A stretch of DNA of 64,000 bases from an uncultured delta proteobacterium (GCA_963745835.1 CAVUZH010000016.1:64001-128000), one strand, 5' to 3'; counted from the stretch's first letter, positions 49,933 to 60,181 are shown. Made by a program: numbers and translations. The notes: generated by a model not told the origin, from the sequence alone.

Positions 49933-51128
49933 GCTTCAACCTCCTCGGTTTTTCTAACGGGTACGATCTTTCCCTCCGGCATGACCTCTCCCTGAGTAAC
50001 GGTAATGCCCTTGCCGGTTACGAAGGGATAGGAAACACGCGCCTTGCCTTTTTTCTCTTCGACCCAAGTGATGTACTCTTGGGAATCTTTTTTCCAATGC
50101 TCCCACGGGCTGTGGTCGTCCTCGAATTGCAACTCATCGACCATCACGATGCACTCTTTGACTGGACACACTTCGGCGCATTTGCCGCAGCCGACGCAAT
50201 ACTGATACTCGATGTCGTAGAAGCCGTCCGTGGTCGGATCGAAGCATTCGTCGGGACACTCGACCCAGCATAGGGTGCACTTGGTGCAGAGATCGAACCT
50301 GACCGCGGGTCTCTGCGTCTTGGTGGTGCCGCGCTTGAACATGGCATTTCTCGATTGTCCCTTCGGGCCCATCTCGAAGCCACGCTTCACCGCCGGAACC
50401 ACGGCGCCTTCTTGCATCTCGAACCACTTGGGCAGTACAGGTATCTCATGTGTCCACACGATTCCGTCGTTCGGCGTCACCGTCTTCACCCGTGGAGGTT
50501 TGGCCTCCTGTCTCAGCGACTCGTAGGCCGACCGCGCAGCTTCGGCACGGTGTTTCTGCTTGGTCTTGTCCATCAGATAGGATTCTACTGCCTCGATGCT
50601 GATCAGGGTGGGATCGATAGCGGCGATGCCGCCTAATATGTGCTCGTGGGTTAAATCATCCTTGTTGACCCAAAGCCCGGCGAGACTGGCGTCGCCATCG
50701 AGGATCGCCAGCCGATAATTGTAGGGTTTCTTGCCGATGAACTTGAGCAGATCATTATGCTCTTTCTTGGAAACCACGAGGAGGCAGCCGTCCTTGACCA
50801 CCCTCTCATTGATCGGCCGCACGCCGTGCCAACCCCAGGGCTCGACGCCCTTGCACATGGTGTCGTCCAGGACGACGGAGATGTTCGCCTCATCTATCTC
50901 GAGCTTGGCGCCGCATTCCGCTTCCAATTCCTCCTCGGCGAGATCTGGAGAAACAAAGGCGAAGTATTTGCAAGGGATACCGTTTCTCTCCGGCGAGTCG
51001 CTATAGCGACCGTTCGAAAATGCCCGCTGCCCCATTCGGCTCGCGATCATGACGATGTCGCTGCCGATCTTTTTCCCGAGATTTTTCTGAAAAATACCCC
51101 GATAGTTGACCTCGACGCGTTTGATCAT
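49929..51128 (-). CDS. oorD: Oxalate oxidoreductase gamma/delta-type subunit with 2x[4Fe-4S]
   Basis: YRGIFQK, RYSDSPERNGIP, CTKCTLCWVECP and CVGCGKCAEVCP; ATGA overlaps on both sides. Confidence 0.78.
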   Translation of the reverse strand: MIKRVEVNYRGIFQKNLGKKIGSDIVMIASRMGQRAFSNGRYSDSPERNGIPCKYFAFVSPDLAEEELEAECGAKLEIDEANISVVLDDTMCKGVEPWGWHGVRPINERVVKDGCLLVVSKKEHNDLLKFIGKKPYNYRLAILDGDASLAGLWVNKDDLTHEHILGGIAAIDPTLISIEAVESYLMDKTKQKHRAEAARSAYESLRQEAKPPRVKTVTPNDGIVWTHEIPVLPKWFEMQEGAVVPAVKRGFEMGPKGQSRNAMFKRGTTKTQRPAVRFDLCTKCTLCWVECPDECFDPTTDGFYDIEYQYCVGCGKCAEVCPVKECIVMVDELQFEDDHSPWEHWKKDSQEYITWVEEKKGKARVSYPFVTGKGITVTQGEVMPEGKIVPVRKTEEVEA

Positions 51129-51865
51129 GAAATCCGCCTCTCTTTTATAAGATTTTGACTCTCTTTTTTTGCCGGGCGCTTGGACAACAGCACGCTTTCC
51201 TCGACCTGTTCGATATGGCGCAGCATTTCACTGCGCGCTCTTGTCTTGTCGTGTTTCTCTATCGCGACAATGATCCTTCGGTGCGCGTCAATAGACGATT
51301 CGCGCCGCTCGTCGGTCTGCAACGATTCCTCACGGCTGCGGCTCAGCATCTCCATCAAGCCCGACACGAGCTTTTGCAGGGCTTGATTGCGCGTGGCGCG
51401 GCTAATGCAAAAGTGCAGCTCGGCGTCCGCCTCCACGCCGGTTTCGCCGCGACTTACCGCCTCGCCTTGTTTGGCAACGATTCTTTTCAGTTGCGCGATG
51501 TCATTCCCGGTCGCCCGCTGGGCGGCGAGAGCGGCGATATGGGGTTCGATCAACTTGCGCATTTCAAACATGTCCGCGAGAGCTTTTTTCTCATCGATCA
51601 GCAGCCGCGCGAGCGGCCCAATTAAAGATTCAACCGGCAGGTCGGCAACGAAATTGCCCGTGCCGGTTCGGCTGACGATCAGTCCCTGGGTTTCTAACGC
51701 GCGAAGCGCCTCGCGTACCGAAGTTCGGCTGACTTTGAAAGTTTCAGCCAACTCGCGCTCCGAAGGGAGCTGATCACGGGCCCTGAGTCTGCCCTCCTTG
51801 ATCAATTGATGGATCTGGTTGAAGACGTCCTCGTGAATTCTGATTTTTTTGATAGCTCGAAGCAT
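51125..51865 (-). CDS. GntR/FadR family transcriptional regulator
   Basis: LPSERELAETFKVSRTSVREAL HTH; FCD domain (EMRKLIE, DAELH, H..I..AI). Confidence 0.92.
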   Translation of the reverse strand: MLRAIKKIRIHEDVFNQIHQLIKEGRLRARDQLPSERELAETFKVSRTSVREALRALETQGLIVSRTGTGNFVADLPVESLIGPLARLLIDEKKALADMFEMRKLIEPHIAALAAQRATGNDIAQLKRIVAKQGEAVSRGETGVEADAELHFCISRATRNQALQKLVSGLMEMLSRSREESLQTDERRESSIDAHRRIIVAIEKHDKTRARSEMLRHIEQVEESVLLSKRPAKKESQNLIKERRIS

Positions 51866-51882
51866 AGTAGTCCAACTGTCTG

Positions 51883-51895
51883 CTGGTCTGACCAG
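51883..51895. promoter_or_regulatory. FadR-subfamily operator-like palindrome CTGGTCTGACCAG
   Basis: Matches TGGT-N3-ACCA and lies 18 nt upstream of the GntR start. A related palindrome TAGTCTGGACTA is at 52009-52020. Confidence 0.6.
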
Positions 51896-52031
51896 TTATC
51901 GAATTTTGGGCCGCTTGTCAACTCTCTTTTCGTTGCTCACGACTGATGGAAAAGTTCTTTGTCGGCCGCCCGCCGTCGACGAATGACAGAGCAAACTCTT
52001 GACCTTGCTAGTCTGGACTATTATGGATATC

Positions 52032-52182
52032 TAGTCAGGCTGCTGAAAACGTCTCATAGGATGCGTGCGCTCGCCCGACCCTGTTCAACGTACTGAAGCG
52101 TACGCTTCAGCTCATCAAACTTCGTAGCCTTGCCGCTGAAGTTTGGAGCAGCTTGCATTCAGAGTTTTTGAGCGATCTGCTA
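52032..52182 (-). repeat. Inverted copy of MITE-like repeat, in a CTAG context
   Basis: TAGTCAGGCTGCTGAAAAC...TTCAACGTACTGAAGCGTACGCTTCAGCTCATC...TTTTTGAGCGATCTGCTA. Confidence 0.8.
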
Positions 52183-52249
52183 AAGCAGCGACGCACTTCA
52201 GATCGATCCTGGCAGTAAAACTACACCCGCGTCTGGTAGACTAGACTAG

Positions 52250-53974
52250 ATGACTGAAGCTGATCTCATTCGCCTGCGCTCGGTACTCACCGAGTTGGCG
52301 CCGCAAGGGCGCGCTGCGCTCCTGCCGGCGTTGCACCTTGCACAGCAATTCCACGGCTGGTTGCCCGAAGCCGTTGCTGCGGAAGTCGGCCGCGCCTTGG
52401 GCGTGCCGCTCGCCGACGTGTATGGCGTTATCGATTTCTACCAGATGTTCTCCCGGCAGCCGATGGGCCGAACCGTCGCACGTGTCTGCAGCGCGCCTGT
52501 CTGCGCCCTCGCAGGAGCCGATGAGGTGACGAACGCCCTGTGCCGCCATCTGAACGTCGTCCCGGGCGAAATCAGCTCGGATGGTGAGTTCACCGTCGAG
52601 CACGCTCCCTGCCTCGGCTTATGCGATCACGCGCCGGCTGTGCTTATTGACGAAGCTGCCGTTGGACGTGCTGATCCCCAGCGCGCGCCCACGATCCACA
52701 CGCGCGGCGGCCAGAGACCGATCAGCTTCATCGGCGGCGATATTCGGATCCTCACCGGCAATTGCGGTCAAGGTCATCCCACTTCATTTACCGATTACAG
52801 CAGCGGCGGCGGTTATGCGGGATTGAAAAAAGCTTTGACGATGACGCCACAAGACGTGATTGCGGAGGTGAAGGCCGCGGGCTTGGTGGGCCGCGGCGGC
52901 GCGGCATTTCCAACCGGCATCAAATGGGAAGGAGCGGCCAAGGCGGCCGGCGAACCCAAGTACATCGTGTGCAATGCCGACGAATCCGAGCCTGGGACGT
53001 TCAAAGACCGCATTCTCATGGAGGAGGACCCGCACCGTACCCTTGAAGGCATGATCATCGCGGCCCATGCCGTGGGTGCGCGTCACGGCTACATCTACAT
53101 TCGCGGAGAATATCCCTACGCATTTAAAGTTGTCGGCGATGCGCTGGGCGAGGCGCGGCAGGCCGGCGTTATCGGCAAAAACATTTTCGGCTCCGGGTTG
53201 GACTTCGATATCGAAATGCGGCTGGGCGCCGGCGCCTATATTTGTGGGGAAGAAACCGCGCTGCTGGAATCCATCGAGGGTAAGCGCGGTTTTCCGCGCA
53301 TCAAGCCGCCGTTTCCGACCACCCACGGGTTGTTTGGCAAACCGACTGTGATCAACAATGTGGAGACTTTTTGCAACGTCCCACTGATTTTCCAAGGCGG
53401 CGCCGCCGAGTACCGCAAGACAGGCACACAACGCTCGCCCGGTCCCAAACTGTTTTGCGTGTCGGGGCAGATACAAAGACCCGGGCTGTACGAAGTGCCG
53501 TTTGGCGTTACCTTGCGCCATTTGCTGTTTGAGCTGGCGGGCGGGCTGGAGCAGGGGCGCAAACTTCAAGCCGTGCTCATGGGCGGCGCTGCGGGCGCGT
53601 TCGCCACTGAGAAAGACTTGGATGTGATCTTATCGTTTGAGAATCTGAGCGCCGCCGGCTTGCCGCTCGGCTCCGGCGCGGTAATGGTCTTCGACGACAG
53701 CGCCGACATGCGCGACGTGCTGAAGCGCCTGGGGCACTTTTTTGCCGACGAAAGCTGCGGCAAATGCTATCCCTGCCAGCTCGGCACGCAGCGACAGCAT
53801 GAAATTCTCGACCGCGCCGCTGCCGGAGCTGCCGTTGCCGGCGACCGGGAACGGTTATCGGATGTCGGCGGCACGATGATCGATGCGTCCCTGTGCGGCC
53901 TGGGCCAGACGGCGGCGACGGCGGTGTTGAGCGCCATGAAGCTATGGCCGGAGATGTTTGATGGCAAGAAGTAG
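52250..53974 (+). CDS. NAD-dependent formate dehydrogenase NuoE-NuoF (gamma-beta) fusion subunit
   Basis: C-SAPV-C and CLGLC [2Fe-2S]; GRGGAAFPTG, NADESEPG, GAGAYICGEET, ESCGKCYPCQLG, SLCGLG. Confidence 0.9.
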   Translation: MTEADLIRLRSVLTELAPQGRAALLPALHLAQQFHGWLPEAVAAEVGRALGVPLADVYGVIDFYQMFSRQPMGRTVARVCSAPVCALAGADEVTNALCRHLNVVPGEISSDGEFTVEHAPCLGLCDHAPAVLIDEAAVGRADPQRAPTIHTRGGQRPISFIGGDIRILTGNCGQGHPTSFTDYSSGGGYAGLKKALTMTPQDVIAEVKAAGLVGRGGAAFPTGIKWEGAAKAAGEPKYIVCNADESEPGTFKDRILMEEDPHRTLEGMIIAAHAVGARHGYIYIRGEYPYAFKVVGDALGEARQAGVIGKNIFGSGLDFDIEMRLGAGAYICGEETALLESIEGKRGFPRIKPPFPTTHGLFGKPTVINNVETFCNVPLIFQGGAAEYRKTGTQRSPGPKLFCVSGQIQRPGLYEVPFGVTLRHLLFELAGGLEQGRKLQAVLMGGAAGAFATEKDLDVILSFENLSAAGLPLGSGAVMVFDDSADMRDVLKRLGHFFADESCGKCYPCQLGTQRQHEILDRAAAGAAVAGDRERLSDVGGTMIDASLCGLGQTAATAVLSAMKLWPEMFDGKK

Positions 53975-53986
53975 CGTCTTGAAAGC

Positions 53987-54042
53987 GGAGTGATGGAGTA
54001 TTGGAGTGATGCGAGCCCAATACTCCACCACTCCAATACTCC
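53987..54042. repeat. Periodic palindromic repeat GGAGTGATGGAGTATTGG / CCAATACTCCACCACTCC
   Basis: 8-nt periodic inverted arms located between FDH subunit genes. Confidence 0.7.
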
Positions 54043-54053
54043 AGAGGCAATTT

Positions 54054-54756
54054 ATGGCTGATGTAACTCTTATTATCGACGGCAAGTCCGTCACTGTTCC
54101 TGACGGCACGACGATCCTCAAGGCGGCGGAAAAAGCCGGGCGGCAAATTCCCACTATATGCTACCACGATCATTGCACGGCCAACGGGCTTTGCCGCATC
54201 TGCGTGGTCGAAGTCGACGGCGTAAAGCCGCTTGTCCCTGCCTGTCTGAGCCGGGCGAGCGAAGGCATGAAGGTCACTACCTCGAGCACGCGCGCCGAGC
54301 GCAGCCGCCGGACAATCCTGGAGATGCTCGCGTCGGCCGTGGATCTTTCTGAGGCGCCGGAGATCCAAAAGTTTATCGACTGCTTATCGCGCCGACACCG
54401 CGCGCTTTCCCGATGCCGAGCGGCGCGAGTATCCGGTGCTCGATGACAACCCGATGTATCTCCGCGACTACTCCAAATGCATCCTGTGCTGGCGCTGCGT
54501 TCAGGTGTGTGCCGACGATGCGCAGTTTACCTACGCGATCAACTTCAAAGGGCGCGGTTTTGACACCGGCATCGGCACCTTCTTTGACAAGCCGATGCCT
54601 GAAACAACCTGCGTATTTTGCGGCCAGTGCGTCGGCGTCTGCCCCACCGGCGCGCTCAAGCCCAAGCGCGAGTCGCTGCTCGAGCAGGGCCTTTCGTTGG
54701 ATGAAATCATGCAGGCGACCAGGGGCGGAAAGAAACGCCGGAGGAAGTCACCATGA
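54054..54756 (+). CDS. FDH Fe-S subunit (NuoG N-terminal-like; 2Fe-2S + 2x4Fe-4S), frameshift near 54385
   Basis: [20 protein letters not shown]; then [11 protein letters not shown] and [12 protein letters not shown]. Confidence 0.85.
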
Positions 54757-56918
54757 TTACACCGGATCGGATCGTCCCGACCACCTGCCCCTACTGCGGC
54801 GTGGGATGCAATCTGGAGCTGCACATCAAAGACGATTTCGTTTACAAAGTGACCTCGCCGTTTGACGCGGTCGTGAATCACGGCAACCTGTGCGTCAAAG
54901 GACGCTTCGGTTACGATTTTGTTTACAACAAGGACCGGATGACCACGCCGCTCATTCGCAAGACTGCGCAGGAGCCCGGGAGCGCGCACCCAGGCCTTCG
55001 ACCGCGACCAGTGGCGCGAGGTATCGTGGGACGAGGCCCTCGATTATACCACTGAGCGGCTGGTCGAGATTTACCAGCGGGATGGCGCCGATGCGATGGC
55101 GGTCTACTGCTGCGCCAAGGCAACCAACGAAGACAACTATCTCCTGCAAAAGCTGTTTCGCGCGCTGTTCCGCAGCAATAACGTCGATCACTGCACCCGA
55201 TTGTGCCATGCGGGCTCGGTGGTGGCGCTGCAAATGGCGCTCGGCTCCTCCGGCGATGAGCAACACCGCCGCCGAAGTCATTCACAGCGACGTTTTTCTC
55301 GTTACCGGCTCCAACACCGCCGAGACCCATCCGATCATTGCGCTGCAAATGAAAGCGGCGGTGGCCAACCACGGCGCCAAGCTCATCGTCGTCGATCCGC
55401 GACGAGTTGAGATGGTCAACTGGGCCGCGCTCTGGCTGCCGGAGAAGCCCGGCACCGACGTACCGCTCTTTTCCGCGATGGCGCATGTCATCATCAAGGA
55501 AGGACTTTATAACCGCGATTTCATCGAACGGCGCACCGAAGGCTTCGCAGAGTTCGTTAGGTCAATGGAAAAATTCACCCCCGAGTACGCCGAATCGATT
55601 TCCGGCGTGGACCGCAATCTCATCGTCGAAGCCGCCCGGATGTATGCGACGGCAAAGAACGCGGCGATCTATTGGGCGCTGGGCATTCCCGAGCATTCGC
55701 ACGGAACCGACAACGCGATGTCGCTGATTCATCTCGCGCTGCTCACCGGCCATATCGGCCGCCAAGGGCACCGGCCTCAATCCCTTGCGCGGGCAGAACA
55801 ACGTGCAGGGTGCATCGGATTCCGGCGCCATGCCATGGCACTATCCCGGTTATCAGAGAGTCGACGACGAGGCGGCCGCAAGTAAATTTGAGCACGCTTG
55901 GAACAGCGAGCCCGGTAGCTTAAACCGCAAGCTGGGACTGACGACCACAGAAATCATGAGCGCGGTGGGACCAGGCGGCGTGCGCGCTCTTCACATCATG
56001 GGCGAGAATCCGATGATGTCCGAGCCCAACCTGAACCACACGCGCCACAAGATGGAACAATTGGAGTTCCTGGTGGCGCAGGACTTGTTCATCAATGAGT
56101 CCGGCGCGTATGCCGACGTCTTTTTGCCGGCGGCTTCATGGGCGGAGAAGGAAGGGACTTTTACCAACACGGACCGGCGCGTCCAGCGCGTGCGCAAGGC
56201 GCTGGAGCCGCGCGGCCAATCCCGATCCGATTGGCAGATCATCTGTGATCTTGCTGAGCGCATTGAAAAGAAGCTCGGCCGCCCGCAGACAGCCTTTTGG
56301 GCATACAAGAGTCCCGCCGAAGTGCTCGAAGAGATGGGACGTGTGGTTCCTGAATACGCCGGAGTGAAATATCGGCGCATCGAAAATCAGGGCTTACAGA
56401 CGCCGGTGTGGGATGACGATCATCCCGGCACTCCCTATCTATTCGCCGAGACTTTCCCAAGCGGCAAGGGTAAGTTCCACCCGCTTGAGTACGTGCCGTC
56501 TGTGGAAATGCCGGATGACGAATACCCGTTCATCCTCACCACCGGACGCCTGCTCGAGCACTGGCACGGCGGCACGCTCACGCGCCATTCGAAGCTCGAC
56601 GAGCTTTATCCGGAGGCGCGCATTGAGATCAATCCTGCGGATGCTGCCCGCCTCAGGATCGAAGATGGACAGACGGTGCGGGTCTCGTCGCGGCGCGGTT
56701 CCATCGTTCTGCGCGCTTGGGTGACACAGCGGGCGACTGTGGGTGTGGTCTTCATCCCTATGCATTTCGCCGAGGCTGCCGCCAATCTGCTCACCATCGA
56801 CACCCTGGATCCCGTAGCTAAGATTCCCGAATACAAAGCCTGCGCGGTGCGCGTCGTACCCGCTACGGAAGACCAATTAGTCAGGCCCGAGGGGAAAGTT
56901 CAAAGAGGTAGATACTAA
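54753..56918 (+). CDS. fdhF: Formate dehydrogenase alpha (Mo/W-bisPGD, Cys-type), about 3 frameshifts
   Basis: [64 protein letters not shown]. Confidence 0.9.
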
Positions 56919-57192
56919 CGTCACGAACGGGACGAGCATCAACCTCGGTGACCCCGGTGAAAGTTACCGCGACGAAGTCTGATTAAGCCGATTTACCAAA
57001 TCGATAAAGACCGCTTACCGCAGAGTCGCGCAGGACACGGAGACGGATTCGTAAAGTGTTCGGCGCTCTGTGCCTCTATGGTGAAATCCCGCTTCTCGCT
57101 TATGGTTAGGGCTTTGCCGCTTCGACAGTTCGTAGCGAAGCCGGATTCTTCCTTTGTGACACCCCTGTCACCCTGAGTCTCTGCACGAATAC

Positions 57193-58713
57193 TTATAGAT
57201 GAGCTGATTCAGGCTTGCGATCAGGTATGCCCCGCATCTTACGCCACCAGGGTGTCAACAACGGCAAAATGAAAAAGAAAATCGCCGCCGCGGTGATCAC
57301 TCCTGAAATAGGCCGGGTGAAAAAGATCGCGAGCGATCCTTGAGACATAATTAGACTTTGCCGCAGGGCATTTTCGGCCATGTCGCCCAGGACGAGCGCC
57401 AGCACCAACGGCGCCAATGGATAGTCGAGTTTTTTAAAGACATAGCCGATGACACCGAAGATCAACATGTACCAGATGTCGATCATGCTGTTGTGCACGG
57501 CGTAAGAGCCGATGGCGCAGATAACGACGATCAGCGGCGTGAGGATCGCAAAAGGAATTCTCAGGATACCGGCAAAGAACGGCACGAAGGCCAGGACAAT
57601 CAGTACGCCGATGACATTCCCCGTATACATGCTGGCAATCAGACCCCAGACGAAATCGGGATTGTCGATGAAGAGCATCGGGCCCGGCTGGAGACCCCAG
57701 ATGATCAGCCCACCTAGCATCACCGCTGCCGTCGGCGAACCTGGGATGCCAAGGGTGATCATCGGCAACATGGCCGCGACGCCTGCCGCATGGGCGGCGG
57801 TCTCAGGCGCCACAATGCCCTCGATCTCGCCCTTGCCGAATCGTTCCGGGTTCTTTGAGAAACGCTTGGCGAAAGCGTAGCTCATGAACGACGCCGGCGT
57901 AGCGCCGCCGGGCTTGAAACCCATCCAGAAGCCGATAATGGAGCTACGTACGAATGTCCGGTAAAAGCGCGGTAAGACTTTCCAGGTATCGAGCACGACG
58001 CGCAGGTTCATGACCGTCTTTGCCCCTTGGAAGCGCAGTCCCTCTTCGACGCTGAGCAAAATTTCGCCGATGCCGAATAACCCAATAACTGCGATGATGA
58101 AGTCAAAGCCCTTCATCAGATCAGTGAAGCCGTAGGTGAGCCTGAGCTGGCCCGTCACGATATCCAACCCAACCGTCGAGAGCATGAAGCCGATGAGAAT
58201 CGTGGCTAACGACTTGAGCGGATTTCCCCCGCCCAGCCCGACGAAACTTGAAAACGTCAGGAGTTGGATCGCGAAAAACTCGGGCGGCCCGAACTTCAGC
58301 GCAACCTCGGCCAAGAGCGGCGCGAAAAACGTGATCAGCACGATTGAGAAGAAAGCACCGACAAACGAAGAGCTAAAGGCAGCCGTAAGCGCCTCCCCAC
58401 TCCTGCCCTCCTTGGCCAGCGGATAGCCGTCGAATGTCGTCGCCACCGACCACGGCTCGCCCGGAATATTGAAGAGCACTGACGTGATCGCGCCGCCGAA
58501 TAAAGCGCCCCAGTAAATACACGTCAGCAGGATGATGGCCGAAGTCGGCGGCATAGTGAAAGTAAGCGGCAGGAGAATCGCGACGCCGTTAGCGCCTCCG
58601 AGGCCGGGCAGTACGCCGATGATGGTGCCAAGCAAGATGCCCACCACCGCCATAAAAAGATTAAAAGGCGTTATCGCAATCTGGAAGCCAAGGAAAAGAT
58701 TCTCAAGTCCCAC
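57193..58713 (-). CDS. tctA: Tripartite tricarboxylate transporter large permease
   Basis: GVLPGLG, NIPGEP..VATTFDGYP, FGPPEFF, APETA, TLGIPGS, GLQPGP. Confidence 0.93.
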   Translation of the reverse strand: MGLENLFLGFQIAITPFNLFMAVVGILLGTIIGVLPGLGGANGVAILLPLTFTMPPTSAIILLTCIYWGALFGGAITSVLFNIPGEPWSVATTFDGYPLAKEGRSGEALTAAFSSSFVGAFFSIVLITFFAPLLAEVALKFGPPEFFAIQLLTFSSFVGLGGGNPLKSLATILIGFMLSTVGLDIVTGQLRLTYGFTDLMKGFDFIIAVIGLFGIGEILLSVEEGLRFQGAKTVMNLRVVLDTWKVLPRFYRTFVRSSIIGFWMGFKPGGATPASFMSYAFAKRFSKNPERFGKGEIEGIVAPETAAHAAGVAAMLPMITLGIPGSPTAAVMLGGLIIWGLQPGPMLFIDNPDFVWGLIASMYTGNVIGVLIVLAFVPFFAGILRIPFAILTPLIVVICAIGSYAVHNSMIDIWYMLIFGVIGYVFKKLDYPLAPLVLALVLGDMAENALRQSLIMSQGSLAIFFTRPISGVITAAAIFFFILPLLTPWWRKMRGIPDRKPESAHL

Positions 58714-58716
58714 GAC

Positions 58717-59196
58717 TCAGTACCCGAACCAGGCCTCGACCGGCCCCTTGGGCATCGGCACCAGGAACCAGGTCTCGAAAATGAGGAATGTGATAACCGG
58801 GACGGATGTGGCGAGCGCCACGACGGTCCGCCAGTCGTGGCGCCCAACCCAGCGCATGTAAAAACCGAGATAAAGACCCGCCGCAACATAGAGTCCAAGC
58901 CCGGACCACGGACCCGGCGGATCGGTGAGGATGACGAAGCCGGCCAGAGGACCCAGTACCTGGAGAACCGGCACAAACCGGTCTCGCGTGACGAAAGGTT
59001 CTCCGGATCGCTTTCGTAAAGCTTGCAAGAATAATACTATGCTGACCAGCGCCAGGAGGACGGCAAGCCAGAACGGGAAGAAACCGCTCTGAGGCCCTTC
59101 GGCCCCCCAACCGAAGCCGAGGCGCAGAGCGTCATAGATCACTATGGCGCTCAAGAGCATCAGCAGCGCGGCGGTCATGCTATCGAGAACGCGCAT
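58717..59196 (-). CDS. tctB: Tripartite tricarboxylate transporter small permease
   Basis: GPQSGFFPFW, 4 TM segments, FLVPMPKG; located between tctC and tctA. Confidence 0.88.
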   Translation of the reverse strand: MRVLDSMTAALLMLLSAIVIYDALRLGFGWGAEGPQSGFFPFWLAVLLALVSIVLFLQALRKRSGEPFVTRDRFVPVLQVLGPLAGFVILTDPPGPWSGLGLYVAAGLYLGFYMRWVGRHDWRTVVALATSVPVITFLIFETWFLVPMPKGPVEAWFGY

Positions 59197-59197
59197 G

Positions 59198-60181
59198 CTA
59201 CTTCTTGACCAAACCGCCTTTCTCCATCAGTTCCTTGTGGAGCTTGTCGTTCTCCTCTACCCATTTCACATACTCGCTACCGGTGGCGAAGGCTGGTTTC
59301 AGCGCGCCGGTGCGAAGATAATCCTGGAACTCTTTTGTCTCCGACAGCTTTTTCAAAAAGCCTTGATACCACTCCAACGCGTCTTTAGGCATGTCAGGCG
59401 CCCCAAAGATGCCTCGCAGCATGTTGTAAGAGATGTCCGCACCCAAAGCCTCTTTGATGGTCGGAATTCCACTCCACTCCTTGTCCGGGATACGCTCCGG
59501 GTCGAAAACTGCCAGCGGCCGCACGCGCTTTGCCTTCCAATTGCTCACGCATTCGGCCGGATTATTGACGGTTGAGTCAACGTGGTTGCCGACCAGGTTG
59601 GTACACACCTCACCTCCGCCTTTGAATGGCACATAAGTGAACTTCACTCCCTGGCTCTGCTCCAGCAATACGGTGATGATCTGATCCTCCTGTCTGGATC
59701 CGGTGCCGCCCATCTTCATACCCGGCTTCTGCTTCACGGCCGCTAAGTATTCTTTGGCGCTCTTATAAGGTGTTTCTTCATTGACCCACAGGATGAAACG
59801 ATCAAGGGCCATCCTGGCAACGGGGGTGAAATCGCGCCAGCTGAATGGGGTCCCGGTAGCCAGCGGTGTCGTGAACAGGTTAGACAGGGTTATGATGATC
59901 GTGTGCGCGTCGCCCTTCTTCTCCTTGACATGCAGGAAGCCCTCGGCGCCGGCGCCACCAGCCTTGTTGACGACGATAAAAGGCCGGGGTGAGAGCTTGT
60001 GCTTGTCAGCGAGGCCGGCCATCAAACGCGCCATTTGATCGGCGCCGCCGCCAGTGCCGGCCGGTATCACGAACTCAATGGGCTTGGTCGGCTCCCAAGC
60101 GATTGCTATGGATGGTCCAAGAAGGAGCTGAATGATAAAAGCCGCGGAGATCACAGTACTCAAGCCGCTGATAATTTTCAT
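59198..60181 (-). CDS. tctC: Tripartite tricarboxylate transporter substrate-binding protein
   Basis: PTKPIEFVIPAGTGGGAD, VNKAGGAG, YVPFKGGG, RGIFG. Confidence 0.92.
   Translation of the reverse strand: MKIISGLSTVISAAFIIQLLLGPSIAIAWEPTKPIEFVIPAGTGGGADQMARLMAGLADKHKLSPRPFIVVNKAGGAGAEGFLHVKEKKGDAHTIIITLSNLFTTPLATGTPFSWRDFTPVARMALDRFILWVNEETPYKSAKEYLAAVKQKPGMKMGGTGSRQEDQIITVLLEQSQGVKFTYVPFKGGGEVCTNLVGNHVDSTVNNPAECVSNWKAKRVRPLAVFDPERIPDKEWSGIPTIKEALGADISYNMLRGIFGAPDMPKDALEWYQGFLKKLSETKEFQDYLRTGALKPAFATGSEYVKWVEENDKLHKELMEKGGLVKK

Noticed and set aside
55190-55215. Selenocysteine in FDH active site
   Set aside because: The codon is TGC (Cys) in RLCHA, with no in-frame TGA.
45521-56876. Numerous long antisense/alternate-frame ORFs over oxalate and FDH genes
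   Set aside because: GC-rich codon-bias shadows of well-supported genes.
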